Shown: positions 45,572 through 55,844, counted from the first letter of the stretch. The stretch is DNA of 64,000 bases from an uncultured Gammaproteobacteria bacterium (GCA_963774475.1 CAVZFF010000006.1:667971-731970), one strand, 5' to 3'. The notes: generated by a model not told the origin, from the letters alone. Numbers and translations: made by a program.

Positions 45572-46286
45572 ATGATCGCAATGACGCTGTGTGCCGCGGC
45601 CGCGAACCATGCGGCGCCAAGGCGCTGATGGCGTCGATTCAGAAAGCGAATCCCGGAAAATTCAGCACGATTGCGAGCTCGACGCGCGACGAAAAAATCT
45701 ACGTCATCCGTTCGTACGGCGACATCGAGTCCGCGAGTTTCATGGTGCTCGACACCGCGACGCATATGGCGCTGTCGCTGGGCCCCGCCTAGCCCGAACG
45801 CGACGAATTTGCCGTTGATCGTGATGCCGCACGGCGGTCCGATCGCGCGCGATACCTGGGGCGGCTTGACCTACGATGATGTCGTCGACGGCGCGCGCCG
45901 GGCCGTCCAGCAGGGGATCGCCGATCCCACGCGCATCTGTATCGTGGGTTGGAGTTTCGGCGGCTACGTCGCGCTGCTCGGCGCACAAAGCAATGCGGAT
46001 TTGTTTCGCTGCTCCGTCGACATTGCCGGCATCAGCGACTGCGGAATTCCGCGTGCCGGTGCTGATGGTACATGGGACCATGGACGCACAAGCACCGGTC
46101 GAGCAATCCGAGGAGATGGATTCGGCATTGACGCGCGCCGGGAAGGTGCATCGCTTCGTCGAGCTCACCGACGCCGACCATTCGCTTAGCGAGGAAAAGG
46201 ATCGGGTGACGCTGTTGCAGGAGATCGAGCGCTTTCTAGGCGAACACCTGTCCGTCGCAGCCGCAGTGCCGGCCGCGACGCCATAG
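45572..46286 (+). pseudogene. Decayed S9-family (prolyl oligopeptidase/dipeptidyl aminopeptidase-like) serine peptidase
   Basis: Recognisable pieces lie in three different frames: a signal peptide (MIAMTLCAAAA) ending at TGA 45626; a propeller fragment (to 45792); LPLIVMPHGGP...GWSFGGY (45671 frame); and PVLMVHGTMDAQAP...DADHS (45876 frame). Total length is about 0.7 kb versus about 2 kb expected. Confidence 0.75.
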
Positions 46287-46294
46287 GCGCAAGT

Positions 46295-46630
46295 TCACTC
46301 CAGTTCCGCCGGCGCAAACAGCACCAGCACGGTTAGTTCTTCTTCTATGTCGTAGAACTGATGTTCGACCTCGGCGGCGACGAAGATCAGGCTGCCCTCC
46401 CGGACCGAGCGATCTTCGGTTGCGGCGCGCAGCCGGGCCTTGCCTCGCAGCACGTAATACAGCTCATCCTGGTGGTGCGGCGATTGGCGGTCCAGGCTGC
46501 CCGCGGCGAGCACATAGATGCCGGCGCTCATTGCGGGAACACGCAGAAATTCGAAATAGGTCTCGGCGCGCTGCGAGCGCTGCGCCTTGATTTCTGCGAT
46601 CTCTTCAAAACGAACGATGGGATCGCTCAT
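46295..46630 (-). CDS. Cupin domain protein
   Basis: 111 aa. Cupin-like motif HHQDELYYVLRG...(x)...VEHQF. ATGA overlap with the upstream aminotransferase gene. Confidence 0.7.
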   Translation of the reverse strand: MSDPIVRFEEIAEIKAQRSQRAETYFEFLRVPAMSAGIYVLAAGSLDRQSPHHQDELYYVLRGKARLRAATEDRSVREGSLIFVAAEVEHQFYDIEEELTVLVLFAPAELE

Positions 46631-47955
46631 GCCGCGCTCCTCAATGCCGACTCCACGGCCGCGGTCAGCTTGTTCAAGATTTCCTCGAGTTCCAAATCAC
46701 TCGCGTTGTAGGGCGGGGCGATGATGATGGTATCGCCGCTGGCCCCGTCGACGTTACCCGAGCATGGGTAGCAGATCAATCCGTCCGCAAATGCCCGACG
46801 GCCGATGTCAAAGCTCAGTGCGCGATCGCGCGCGAACGGCATCTGGGTCTTGCGATCGCGCACGAACTCGATGCCGATGAAAAATCCGCGGCCGCGGACG
46901 TCGCCGACTTCGTCGAAGCGGGACAGCGCGCCGCGAATGGCGCTCTGGAAGGCGCTCCCTGTTGTTCGAACCCGCTCGAGCAGTCCGTCACGTTCGATGA
47001 TTTGCTGAACCGCAAGTCCGGCTGCACAGGCCGCCGTGTGGCCCGTAAACGTCTGTCCGGTCTGGAATGCACCGTGTTCGCTGAAGATGGGCGCGGAGAC
47101 CTTGGCGGTGCACAACGTGGCGCCGAGTGGGATGTAGCCGCCGGCCAGACCCTTCGCGATCGTCATGATGTCGGCGACTATGCCGTCGTGTTCGAGCGTG
47201 CGCCAGGTCCCGCTGCGACCCGATCCGCACATGACTTCGTCGGCGATCAGCAAGACATCGTGCTTGCGACACACGGCCTGAATCGCACTCGCATAGCCCT
47301 CCGGCGCCGGCACGACGCCGCCCGCGGCTCCGACAATCGGCTCGAAGATGAATGCGGCGACCGTCTCCGGCCCGCGAGCGAGTATCGTGCGCTCGAGTTC
47401 CGCCGCAAGATGCCTCGGGAGTGCGTCCGCGGATACGCCCGGCGGCAGCCGATAGCGATTGGCGGCGGAGACGAACGAGACGTCGAGCAGGCTTCCCTCG
47501 AACGAGCGGCGACGGTCGATGAACCCCGAGACCGACAGTGCGCCCAAGGTGTTGCCGTGCCAGGATCGATCGCGAGCAATGAAATGGCGCTTGCGCGGTA
47601 GCCCGCGCGCCGTGAAATGTTGCAGGGCGATCTTCAGCGCCGATTCAACCGCCTCCGATCCGCTGCTGCTGTAAATGATGTCTTTGTAACCGCCGCAGAC
47701 CTTGAGCACTTTGGCGTTCAAATCCTCGAGTGCGGAACTCGTGAATAGATAACGGTATCCGTACGCAATGTCATTGAGTTGGCGCATGATCGCGGCGTTC
47801 ACCTCGGGATGCGCATGGCCGAGGCTGAATACCGCGGGTCCGCCGGAGCCATCGATATAGCGCTTGCCCGCCGCATCGTAGAGATAGCTGCCGCTGCCGC
47901 GGATGATTCTGGGCAGCTCGGCGATGCCGAATCCGCTGGCGCGAGGCGTGTTCAT
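46627..47955 (-). CDS. Class III (omega-type) PLP-dependent aminotransferase
   Basis: ATG 47955 preceded by GGAGG. SSSGSEAVESALK, IADEVMCGSGRSG, TIAKGLAGGY (PLP Lys). Confidence 0.85.
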   Translation of the reverse strand: MNTPRASGFGIAELPRIIRGSGSYLYDAAGKRYIDGSGGPAVFSLGHAHPEVNAAIMRQLNDIAYGYRYLFTSSALEDLNAKVLKVCGGYKDIIYSSSGSEAVESALKIALQHFTARGLPRKRHFIARDRSWHGNTLGALSVSGFIDRRRSFEGSLLDVSFVSAANRYRLPPGVSADALPRHLAAELERTILARGPETVAAFIFEPIVGAAGGVVPAPEGYASAIQAVCRKHDVLLIADEVMCGSGRSGTWRTLEHDGIVADIMTIAKGLAGGYIPLGATLCTAKVSAPIFSEHGAFQTGQTFTGHTAACAAGLAVQQIIERDGLLERVRTTGSAFQSAIRGALSRFDEVGDVRGRGFFIGIEFVRDRKTQMPFARDRALSFDIGRRAFADGLICYPCSGNVDGASGDTIIIAPPYNASDLELEEILNKLTAAVESALRSAA

Positions 47956-48155
47956 CGGGATACCGCCTCCGATGCGTCCGCGAGCGCCTCGACATGGCGC
48001 ATGACTTGCGCACGGCTGAGGCGCGCAATCCAAACGTGGCGCTCTTGAGCCTGGTCTGCACGTTCCGGCAGTTGTGGGATCCGGCCGTTCCCGGTCAATC
48101 GGCCGGATCGGAACGCGGATCGCAGCGAGGGAATCAATAAATCAGCTGGGTTCAT
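47952..48155 (-). CDS. Small hypothetical ORF translationally coupled to the aminotransferase
   Basis: 67-aa ORF whose stop overlaps the aminotransferase ATG (ATGA). No clear SD and no recognisable family. Confidence 0.3.
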   Translation of the reverse strand: MNPADLLIPSLRSAFRSGRLTGNGRIPQLPERADQAQERHVWIARLSRAQVMRHVEALADASEAVSR

Positions 48156-48346
48156 GGTACTTCGATCTGGTGCGTGTGCGGCACGGGAATCGCTAAGGAT
48201 ACACGGCGCGATAAAAACACGGGAGACCGATGTCGCGGCATAGGTTGATCGCGGATCCTCACGCGGCGGGGGCGTTCGCGGCGCCGATCACCTACAATAT
48301 TGCGTCAACAAGGGCACCGCAGCCCGCCACCCGCCGAGAGTTACTC

Positions 48347-49447
48347 ATGAGTCGATTGTTTACGCCGATGAAAATCGGCGAGCTGGACCTGCCCAATCGA
48401 ATCGTTATTGCGCCGATGTGCCAGTATTCGGCCCAAGAGGGCTCCGCAACCGATTGGCATCTGATTCATTTGGGCCAATTGGCTTTGTCCGGTGCCGGGT
48501 TGCTGATCACCGAGGCAACCGCGGTTGCCGCCGATGCACGCATCTCACCCGATGATCTCGGCTTATACAGCGACGCGAACGAGGCAGCACTTGCACGCGT
48601 GCTGAATGGCATCCGCGCGTATACCCCGATGCGCGTCGCCGTGCAGCTCGCGCACGCGGGGCGCAAGGCCTCGACGCAATCCCCGTGGAAGGGAGGCGGC
48701 CAAATTCGCGCGAACGAGCCCGGCGGGTGGACCGGCGTTGCGCCGTCCGCCGTGCCGCAAACTCCCGGCGACGATGCGCCGCTCGCGCTTGACCGCGCGG
48801 GGCTTGCGCGGGTGCGCGAGCAGTTTGCGGCGGCCGCGCGCCGCGCCGGCCGATTGGGCTTGGATGGAATCGAACTGCATGGGGCGCACGGGTATCTGCT
48901 GCATGAATTCCTCTCGCCGATCGCGAACCGGCGCGACGACGAGTATGGCGGCAGCCTCGAGAATCGCATGCGATTCCCGCTCGAAGTGTTCGATGCGGTC
49001 CGCTCGGCGTTCACGCCTCGCTCGCCGGTGTGGATGCGTATTTCGGCCAGCGACTGGATGGCGAATGGGTGGGACATCGACGAGGCTGTGGTGTTCTCGA
49101 GGGCCTTGGAGGCGCGCGGCTGCGCCGCGATCCATGTGTCGAGCGGTGGCATCTCGCCTTCACAGGCGATCCCGCTGGCGCCCAATTACCAGGTGCCATT
49201 CGCGCAGCGGATCAAGGCCGAGGTCGGAATCCCGACGATCGCGGTGGGCCTGATCACGCGGCCGGCGCAAGCCGAATCGATTCTCGCGAACGGGCAGGCG
49301 GACGCGATCGCGCTGGCGCGCGGCATGCTCTACGATCCGCGCTGGCCATGGCATGCGGCCGCGGCGCTCGGTGCGCAGGTCTGGGCACCCAAACAATATT
49401 GGCGTTGTCAGCCGCGCGAATTGGAACGCTTGTTCGACCGGACCTAG
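48347..49447 (+). CDS. NADH:flavin oxidoreductase (Old Yellow Enzyme family)
   Basis: LFTPMKIGELDLPNRIVIAPMCQY, HAGRK, GIELHGAHGYLLHEFLSP, RMRF. Confidence 0.88.
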   Translation: MSRLFTPMKIGELDLPNRIVIAPMCQYSAQEGSATDWHLIHLGQLALSGAGLLITEATAVAADARISPDDLGLYSDANEAALARVLNGIRAYTPMRVAVQLAHAGRKASTQSPWKGGGQIRANEPGGWTGVAPSAVPQTPGDDAPLALDRAGLARVREQFAAAARRAGRLGLDGIELHGAHGYLLHEFLSPIANRRDDEYGGSLENRMRFPLEVFDAVRSAFTPRSPVWMRISASDWMANGWDIDEAVVFSRALEARGCAAIHVSSGGISPSQAIPLAPNYQVPFAQRIKAEVGIPTIAVGLITRPAQAESILANGQADAIALARGMLYDPRWPWHAAAALGAQVWAPKQYWRCQPRELERLFDRT

Positions 49448-49467
49448 AGGCGGACGCGCAGATAAAC

Positions 49468-50304
49468 TTATTCGTACGCGCCGGGTGCGGGCATGGCGAG
49501 GGCCAACTTGGATTTCGGCAGGCGATCACGCGGACTCACGGCCGCATCGCCTTCGCGTATCTCGAAGTGCACATGAGGTCCGGTCGAGTGGCCGGTGCTG
49601 CCGAGCAGCGCGATGACGGTTCCTTGCTTTATCTCGTCGCCCTGTTTGACCTTGAGTTCGCTATTGTGTGCATAAAGCGAACTCGTTTTCCGATCGTGCC
49701 GCAGTATCACGACGTTGCCATAGCCGCGCAGTCCGCTGCCGGCGTAGATGACTTCGCCGTCGGCGATCGCATAAACGGGTTCGCCGACGTCGGCCGCAAT
49801 GTCGAGGCCTTTGTGCATCTTCCCCCAGCGCTCGCCGAACTCCGAACTGACGATGCCCGCATCGAGCGGCCAGCGTAGAGATCCGGAATATTGTTCGGGC
49901 AGCGTCGGCAGCGGCGGCGGCGATTGCGGCGGTCCGGCCGTTGCGCCGGGGGCCGGTGCGCCCTTGCCGCCCGATTTCGCCGTCGCCGGCGTCTTGGAGA
50001 TCCCGGACTTGTGCAAAACGGCCAACACGGCGCTTTCGCCGTGTTCGCCCGCATCGTGAAAAGTCTTGAGAAGATCCTGTTCCGCCAGATATTTTTGCAT
50101 GCGGATGTAGGCCGCCGCTGCCACGGCCTTGGCTTCCTCCGCGGCTTTCGAGGCCGCGGCCGCCGTGGCGTCGGCGGCTTTTGCGGAGGCGGCTTGGGTT
50201 TTCTGGTACCAATCGTCGTTACCGAATTTCTGATCCATCGTCGCGCAGCCGGCGGCTACTAGGACCGGGATCAAGAATGGGGTTAATCGCCGCGCGTGGT
50301 ACAT
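49468..50304 (-). CDS. M23-family metallopeptidase lipoprotein (NlpD-like)
   Basis: ATG 50304 preceded by AGGAG. Lipobox LVAAGC. HKGLDIA, LYAHNS, GSTGHSTGPHVHFEIR. Confidence 0.85.
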   Translation of the reverse strand: MYHARRLTPFLIPVLVAAGCATMDQKFGNDDWYQKTQAASAKAADATAAAASKAAEEAKAVAAAAYIRMQKYLAEQDLLKTFHDAGEHGESAVLAVLHKSGISKTPATAKSGGKGAPAPGATAGPPQSPPPLPTLPEQYSGSLRWPLDAGIVSSEFGERWGKMHKGLDIAADVGEPVYAIADGEVIYAGSGLRGYGNVVILRHDRKTSSLYAHNSELKVKQGDEIKQGTVIALLGSTGHSTGPHVHFEIREGDAAVSPRDRLPKSKLALAMPAPGAYE

Positions 50305-50416
50305 CGGAGTTCTCCTAAAAACTCGGCGTCGCGAGCTTAACATGGCGAAAATTTGCTGCCAAAATCATCGCGTTGGCGCTAGGCTTAGGGCTGCAAACAA
50401 TAATGACGGTGGGGCA

Positions 50417-51001
50417 ATGATACAAGCGATAGAGGCGCGGCCGACGGCGCTCGGGAGACTCGCGCTCGCCGTGGGCCAGCTCGGTATGTTCGCGATGTTA
50501 TCCATGCTCGTCGTGCTGATCGGTTGGTTTTTCACCGATACCCTAGTCTTGACTCTGGGACCGGTCCGCCATGGCCTGCGGTTCTTCGAAATCGCGAGCG
50601 TGATCGACAATCCGGCGAGTCTCTTCGGAGTCGGCGACAGCTCGCCGCTGAACCTAATATTCGGGGCCATATGCTTGCTCTGCTTGCTGGCGCCGCTGCT
50701 GCCGCAGTGGACATCGAAACGTGGAGTCTGGGTTGCTCACTGGGCACCCCTGATATTGCTGCTCGTGGCCGGCGGAATTGTATATTACAAGGCGTCGAGT
50801 GCCTTGTTCCCCGAGCCCGCCAATGCCGATGTCATCACCAAGGACTTGATGCGGCTCGCAAACGACGTGATCCACAGGGGCGGAGGATTGGTCGTGCAAA
50901 GAATTTCGATTGGGCCGGGCGGCTACTTGGCATTGCTCGGCAGCATCGCATTGGCGCTACACGGGACTCTACGCAACCGGGATCCTGTTCGATCTGCCTG
51001 A
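50417..51001 (+). CDS. Hypothetical membrane protein
   Basis: Four to five predicted hydrophobic helices. No family recognised. Start chosen at the ATG after GGTGGGG. Confidence 0.55.
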   Translation: MIQAIEARPTALGRLALAVGQLGMFAMLSMLVVLIGWFFTDTLVLTLGPVRHGLRFFEIASVIDNPASLFGVGDSSPLNLIFGAICLLCLLAPLLPQWTSKRGVWVAHWAPLILLLVAGGIVYYKASSALFPEPANADVITKDLMRLANDVIHRGGGLVVQRISIGPGGYLALLGSIALALHGTLRNRDPVRSA

Positions 51002-51011
51002 CGCCTCGCAG

Positions 51012-53195
51012 TCAAGTGCGAGGGATCGCTCGAGCGGCTTTGCGCTGTTTGCGGCGCTCATGCAGGATCCGCTCGGTGTAGCCGTTGGCTTGAATGCGGC
51101 CCTCGAAGATCAAATCGCAAGCCGCGCGAAATGCGATGTTGTCGTCGAGTTCGCCGCTCATCGGATGGTAGGCGGGATCACCGCGGTTCTGTTCGTCGAC
51201 GACTCGCGCCATCCGCCGCAATGCATCCATGACTTGCGCGGTGCTGCAAATTCCGTGATGCAGCCAATTGGCGACGTGCTGACTGGAAATGCGCAAGGTG
51301 GCGCGATCTTCCATCAACGCCACGTTGTAAAAATCCGGAACCTTCGAGCAGCCGATTCCGAAGTCGATCCAACGCACGACGTAACCCAGGATGCTTTGCA
51401 CGTTATTATTGAGTTCCGTTTCGATCTCGGTCGAGTTCCAGGCGATCGTCCGCACCAATGAGGGCGTCAAAATATCGTCGAGCGAAGCGCGCTCACGGGT
51501 TACGAGCGTGGCCTGAACCTCGGCGACGTTCACGGCGTGATAATGCAGCGCATGCAGCGTCGCGGCCGTCGGCGAGGGCACCCAAGCGGTGTTCGCCCCG
51601 GCCCTGGGGTGTGCGATCTTGGTCCTGACCATCTCTGCCATGAGGTCCGGCATCGCCCACATGCCTTTGCCTATTTGAGCGCGGCCGCGCAGACCGCAGG
51701 CAAGGCCGATATCGACGTTTTGCCGTTCATAGGCATCGAGCCAAGCCGCCTTCTTCAGATCGGCCTTGCGCGGCATCACACCCGCGTCCATCGACGTATG
51801 TATCTCGTCGCCGGTGCGATCGAGAAAGCCGGTGTTGATGAATACGACGCGGTGCCGTGCCGCATGGATGCATTCAGCCAGACAGACGGTCGTACGGCGC
51901 TCCTCGTCCATGATGCCCATCTTCAAGGTGTAGCGGGCGAGGCCCAGCAAATCCTCGACTTCGCCGAACAGGCGATCGGCCAACGCCACTTCTTCGGCGC
52001 CGTGCATCTTCGGCTTGACGATGTACACCGAGCCGCTGCGCGAGTTGCGCAGTTCCCCGGTTGCGCGCAGGTCATGCAGCGCGATCAGCGCGGTGATTGC
52101 CGCGTCGATCACCGTTTCGGGGATCGGCTGTCCGTCGAGCGTGATCGCATCGGAGAGCATGTGGGAGCCGACGTTGCGGGCGAGCAGCAGACTGCGTCCA
52201 GGGAGAATTACCTCGCGGCCGGAGAGTGAGCGGTAGCGCCGATCGGGATTCAGGCGCCGCAGGAATTGCCGCCCGCCCTTGTCGAAGGCGGCCGTCAGCG
52301 TGCCGGTCATCAGTCCGAGCCAGTTGCGGTAGACCGCGACTTTTTCCTCGACGTCGACAGCGGCCACCGAGTCCTCGAAATCTTCGATCGTGGTCATCGC
52401 CGACTCGATTACGACGTCGCTGATGCCGGCTGCATCGCTGCGGCCGATCGCGTGCGTGCGGTCGATGTGAATTTCAACATGTAGCCCGTGGTGGACCAGC
52501 AGCAGCGTCGACGGCGCATCGGGCTCGCCTCGATAGCCGACCAATGCATCGTCGGAGCGCAAACTCGAGGTCGAGGCGCGTGGCAGCAGGACCTCGAGAC
52601 CGCGTGCGCCGAGCCGGTAGCCGAGCGCATCACGATGCGACCCCTCGCGCAACGGAAAATAATCATCGAGGAAGTTGCGTACGTAGGCGATGACCAGCGC
52701 GCCGCGCCTCGGGTTGTATTCATCGCTTTTTGCTTCCGCGCCTTCCGCGGCGATCACATCGGTGCCATACAGAGCGTCGTACAAGCTGCCCCACCGTGCG
52801 TTGGCAGCGTTGAGCGCATAGCGCGCATTGTTGACCGGGACAACCAGCTGCGGGCCTGCAATATGTGCAATCTCCGGATCGACGCCGGCCGTGTCGATCG
52901 CGAACGGCGCCGGTTGCGGCTGGGTGTAGCCGATGTCGCGCAGATGCGCGCGATAGCTCGGCGCGTCAAATCCGGGTCCCGGATGCGCCCGATGCCAGGC
53001 ATCGATTTGCGCCTGCAGCTCGTCACGACGCTGCAGCAGCGCATGATTGAGCGGTGCCATTCGACGCACGAGGGCGGCGAGGCCATGCCAGAAATCCGCC
53101 TCGACGATGCCCGTGCCCGGCATAGCCTCCTGGGTCACGAAGGCGTGTAGCTGGGCAGTGACCCCGACATTGCCGAAGGAGATCGTCCGACTCAT
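51012..53195 (-). CDS. glcB: Malate synthase G
   Basis: 727 aa. Colinear hallmark segments (SVYIVKPKMHG, LGLARYTLKMGIMDEERR, FINTGFLDRTGDEIHT, AWVPSPTAATLHA). Confidence 0.93.
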   Translation of the reverse strand: MSRTISFGNVGVTAQLHAFVTQEAMPGTGIVEADFWHGLAALVRRMAPLNHALLQRRDELQAQIDAWHRAHPGPGFDAPSYRAHLRDIGYTQPQPAPFAIDTAGVDPEIAHIAGPQLVVPVNNARYALNAANARWGSLYDALYGTDVIAAEGAEAKSDEYNPRRGALVIAYVRNFLDDYFPLREGSHRDALGYRLGARGLEVLLPRASTSSLRSDDALVGYRGEPDAPSTLLLVHHGLHVEIHIDRTHAIGRSDAAGISDVVIESAMTTIEDFEDSVAAVDVEEKVAVYRNWLGLMTGTLTAAFDKGGRQFLRRLNPDRRYRSLSGREVILPGRSLLLARNVGSHMLSDAITLDGQPIPETVIDAAITALIALHDLRATGELRNSRSGSVYIVKPKMHGAEEVALADRLFGEVEDLLGLARYTLKMGIMDEERRTTVCLAECIHAARHRVVFINTGFLDRTGDEIHTSMDAGVMPRKADLKKAAWLDAYERQNVDIGLACGLRGRAQIGKGMWAMPDLMAEMVRTKIAHPRAGANTAWVPSPTAATLHALHYHAVNVAEVQATLVTRERASLDDILTPSLVRTIAWNSTEIETELNNNVQSILGYVVRWIDFGIGCSKVPDFYNVALMEDRATLRISSQHVANWLHHGICSTAQVMDALRRMARVVDEQNRGDPAYHPMSGELDDNIAFRAACDLIFEGRIQANGYTERILHERRKQRKAARAIPRT

Positions 53196-53282
53196 CGCGT
53201 GCTTCCTGTATGATTCCGACCGGCCGAAGTCTGCATCACGTAATTATAAATGACTTTGTCCAACGGGGTGGGCGGAAGAATT

Positions 53283-54545
53283 ATGGCTCTAATGACTGGA
53301 AAGTCCGAGCCGACGCAGTCGGCCGGCGGCAATGATTTGCGAATTTTCGTATTCGCATTGTTCTTCATCTTCGGCGGCATCACGAGCCTCAACGACGTCG
53401 TGATCCCGAAGCTCAAGGCACTATTCACGCTGAGCTATGCCGAGGCCATGCTGGTGCAGTCGGCGTTTTTCGCCGCGTATTTCATCATCTCGCTGCCGGC
53501 CGCCGAGGTCGTCAAACGCTTCGGCTACATGCGCACGGCCGTGCTCGGCCTCGTCACGATGACACTCGGCTGCCTGCTCTTCGTGCCGGCGTCCGCATCC
53601 GGCTTGTTCGGCATGTTCCTGCTCGCGCTGTTCGTGCTGGCGGCGGGAATCACGACGGTGCAGGTGGTCGCGAATCCGCTGATCTCGATGCTCGGTAATC
53701 CTGCCACCGCGCACAGCCGCCTCACGTTCGCGCAAGCGTTCAATTCGCTGGGCACGACGATTTTTCCATATGTCGGATCGATCTTGATTTTGGGTTCGCT
53801 CGCGACCGTGGATCCCGCCAAGCTTACGGGCACCGCGCTCGACGCGTTCCGCGGTGTGGAAACGCGCGTCGTCGAGCACACCTATCTGGGTCTCGCCGCG
53901 GCCTTGGCGATCGTGGCCGCCGTCGTCTGGTTCGAGCGCAAGCGCCTGGTCGAGGCGCCGGGAGAGCCGGGCAGCTTCGCCGCGGCTTTCGCCTTGCTCG
54001 GGCGCCCGCGCTTCGGTTTTGGCGCACTCTGCATCTTTCTCTATGTCGGCGCGGAAGTCGCGATCGGCTCCCTGATGGTCAATTATTTGATGCAGGCGAG
54101 CGTGCTTGGGGTCGCCGCGGAGGACGCCGGCAAGCACGTGCCCTATTACTGGGGGGGTGCGATGGTCGGCCGGTTCATCGGTACCTACTTCCTGCGTGTC
54201 TACTCCCCGGGCAAAGTGCTGGCCTGCGTCACGGCGGCGGCGATCTTGCTGCTATTGATATCCGCGAACAGCCTGGGGTTGGTGTCGGGGTATGCGCTGC
54301 TCGCGGTCGGCCTCTGCAATTCGATCATGTTTCCGACGATTTTCTCGCTGGCGTCCGAAAAGCTCGGTGACCGGACCGCCGAGGGTTCGGGGATCATTTG
54401 CATGGCGATTGTCGGGGGAGCGATCGTGCCGCTGATCACCGGCCGATTCGCGGATCTCACGAGCCTCAAATTTGCGCTCGTGGTTCCGGCGGTCTGCTAC
54501 GCGACCATTTTGAGTTTTGGCTGGTACGCGCGCCGACCGGCCTGA
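53283..54545 (+). CDS. MFS sugar transporter, FucP/GluP (glucose/galactose) family
   Basis: FFIFGGITSLNDVVIPKLK hallmark of the FucP/GluP family. 12-TM profile. Confidence 0.82.
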   Translation: MALMTGKSEPTQSAGGNDLRIFVFALFFIFGGITSLNDVVIPKLKALFTLSYAEAMLVQSAFFAAYFIISLPAAEVVKRFGYMRTAVLGLVTMTLGCLLFVPASASGLFGMFLLALFVLAAGITTVQVVANPLISMLGNPATAHSRLTFAQAFNSLGTTIFPYVGSILILGSLATVDPAKLTGTALDAFRGVETRVVEHTYLGLAAALAIVAAVVWFERKRLVEAPGEPGSFAAAFALLGRPRFGFGALCIFLYVGAEVAIGSLMVNYLMQASVLGVAAEDAGKHVPYYWGGAMVGRFIGTYFLRVYSPGKVLACVTAAAILLLLISANSLGLVSGYALLAVGLCNSIMFPTIFSLASEKLGDRTAEGSGIICMAIVGGAIVPLITGRFADLTSLKFALVVPAVCYATILSFGWYARRPA

Positions 54546-54598
54546 GCACCCTGCGCTGAGCCGGCGCCCCGGCCGTGGCGGCGGCGGCGCAATCGTTT

Positions 54599-54982
54599 AT
54601 GCTGCGCACCATGGGCGTGTCCGCCGATTATCTGAATTATGTCCTGGAACAGCTATCCGCTCTTCCGGGCGTCACCCACCGCCGCATGTTCGGCGGCGCT
54701 GGATTGTATTGCAACGGTGTAATTTTTGGATTGATCGCCGGCGACGTGCTGTATTTCAAGGCCGGGGCCGACAACCGCGTTGACTTCGAATCCCGGGGCA
54801 TGGATTCGTTCCGACCCTACCCGGACAAGCCGCAAGTCAGCATGGCCTACTATGAGTTGCCGGCGGACATTCTCGAGGACCCGGAGGAATGTGCCGCTTG
54901 GGCGCGCCGTTCCTTGGCATCGGCTGACGCCGTGACGATGCGTGGGCCCAGGCGCGCAAAACGATCCATACGCAAAGGATGA
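54599..54982 (+). CDS. TfoX N-terminal domain protein
   Basis: RRMFGGAGLYCNGVIFGLIAGDVLYFK, characteristic of the TfoX/Sxy N-domain. No C-terminal domain. Start ambiguous (54575/54599/54611). Confidence 0.75.
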   Translation: MLRTMGVSADYLNYVLEQLSALPGVTHRRMFGGAGLYCNGVIFGLIAGDVLYFKAGADNRVDFESRGMDSFRPYPDKPQVSMAYYELPADILEDPEECAAWARRSLASADAVTMRGPRRAKRSIRKG

Positions 54983-54986
54983 ATCC

Positions 54987-55844
54987 ATGAAGCTATTGCG
55001 ATTCGGGCCCGCGGGCCAGGAAAGACCGGGGTTGCTCGATGCCGAGGGCAACATCCGCGATTTGTCGGGACACCTCAAGGATATCGATGGTACCGGCATT
55101 TCACCTGCAGGTCTCGCGCGCCTGGCGGCTTTGCGCACCGAGACCTTGCCGCGAGCGGACGGCACGCCGCGATTGGGTCCATGCGTGACGGGCATCTCGA
55201 AGATCGTATGCGTCGGTCTCAATTACGCCGACCACGCCGCTGAGACCAATGCAAAGATCCCCGGCGAACCAATCCTGTTTCAGAAGGCGACTACGGCGAT
55301 CACCGGTCCCAACGACGACATCATCCTGCCGCGCGGATCGACGCATACCGACTGGGAAGTCGAGCTTGGCGTCGTTATCGGCACTAAAGCTCAATACGTC
55401 CCGAAGGAACGCGCGCTGCAATACGTCGCCGGCTATTGCATAGTCAACGATGTCTCGGAGCGCCACTTTCAGACCGAGCGCTGGGGCCAGTGGACCAAAG
55501 GCAAGAGCTGCGACACGTTTTGCCCCATGGGCCCCTGGCTAGTGACCGGCGACGAGATCCCCGATTTACAGTCTCTCGATATGCACTTGGACGTCAATGG
55601 CCGGCGCCGCCAAACGGGCAATACGCGCACGATGATCTTCGGCGTCGCCCATCTCGTCAGCTACATCAGCGAGTTCATGACGCTGCTTCCAGGCGATCTC
55701 ATCGCAACCGGAACGCCGCCGGGCGTCGGCCTCGGCCAGAAACCGCCGACCTACCTACAGCCGGGCGATGTCCTCGACCTGTCCATCGAAGGACTCGGTC
55801 ATGCGCGGCAGCACGTGCGGGCTTGGACGGAAATTGCTCGATAA
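54987..55844 (+). CDS. Fumarylacetoacetate hydrolase (FAH) family protein
   Basis: ATG after AAGGA. KIVCVGLNYADHA, DWEVELGVVIG, VNDVSER, PGDLIATGTPPGVG. Confidence 0.88.
   Translation: MKLLRFGPAGQERPGLLDAEGNIRDLSGHLKDIDGTGISPAGLARLAALRTETLPRADGTPRLGPCVTGISKIVCVGLNYADHAAETNAKIPGEPILFQKATTAITGPNDDIILPRGSTHTDWEVELGVVIGTKAQYVPKERALQYVAGYCIVNDVSERHFQTERWGQWTKGKSCDTFCPMGPWLVTGDEIPDLQSLDMHLDVNGRRRQTGNTRTMIFGVAHLVSYISEFMTLLPGDLIATGTPPGVGLGQKPPTYLQPGDVLDLSIEGLGHARQHVRAWTEIAR

Noticed and set aside
46295-47955. Ectoine genes ectB-ectC (aminotransferase plus cupin)
   Set aside because: The cupin (111 aa) does not resemble EctC as recalled, no ectA acetyltransferase is adjacent, and the aminotransferase looks like a generic omega-transaminase.
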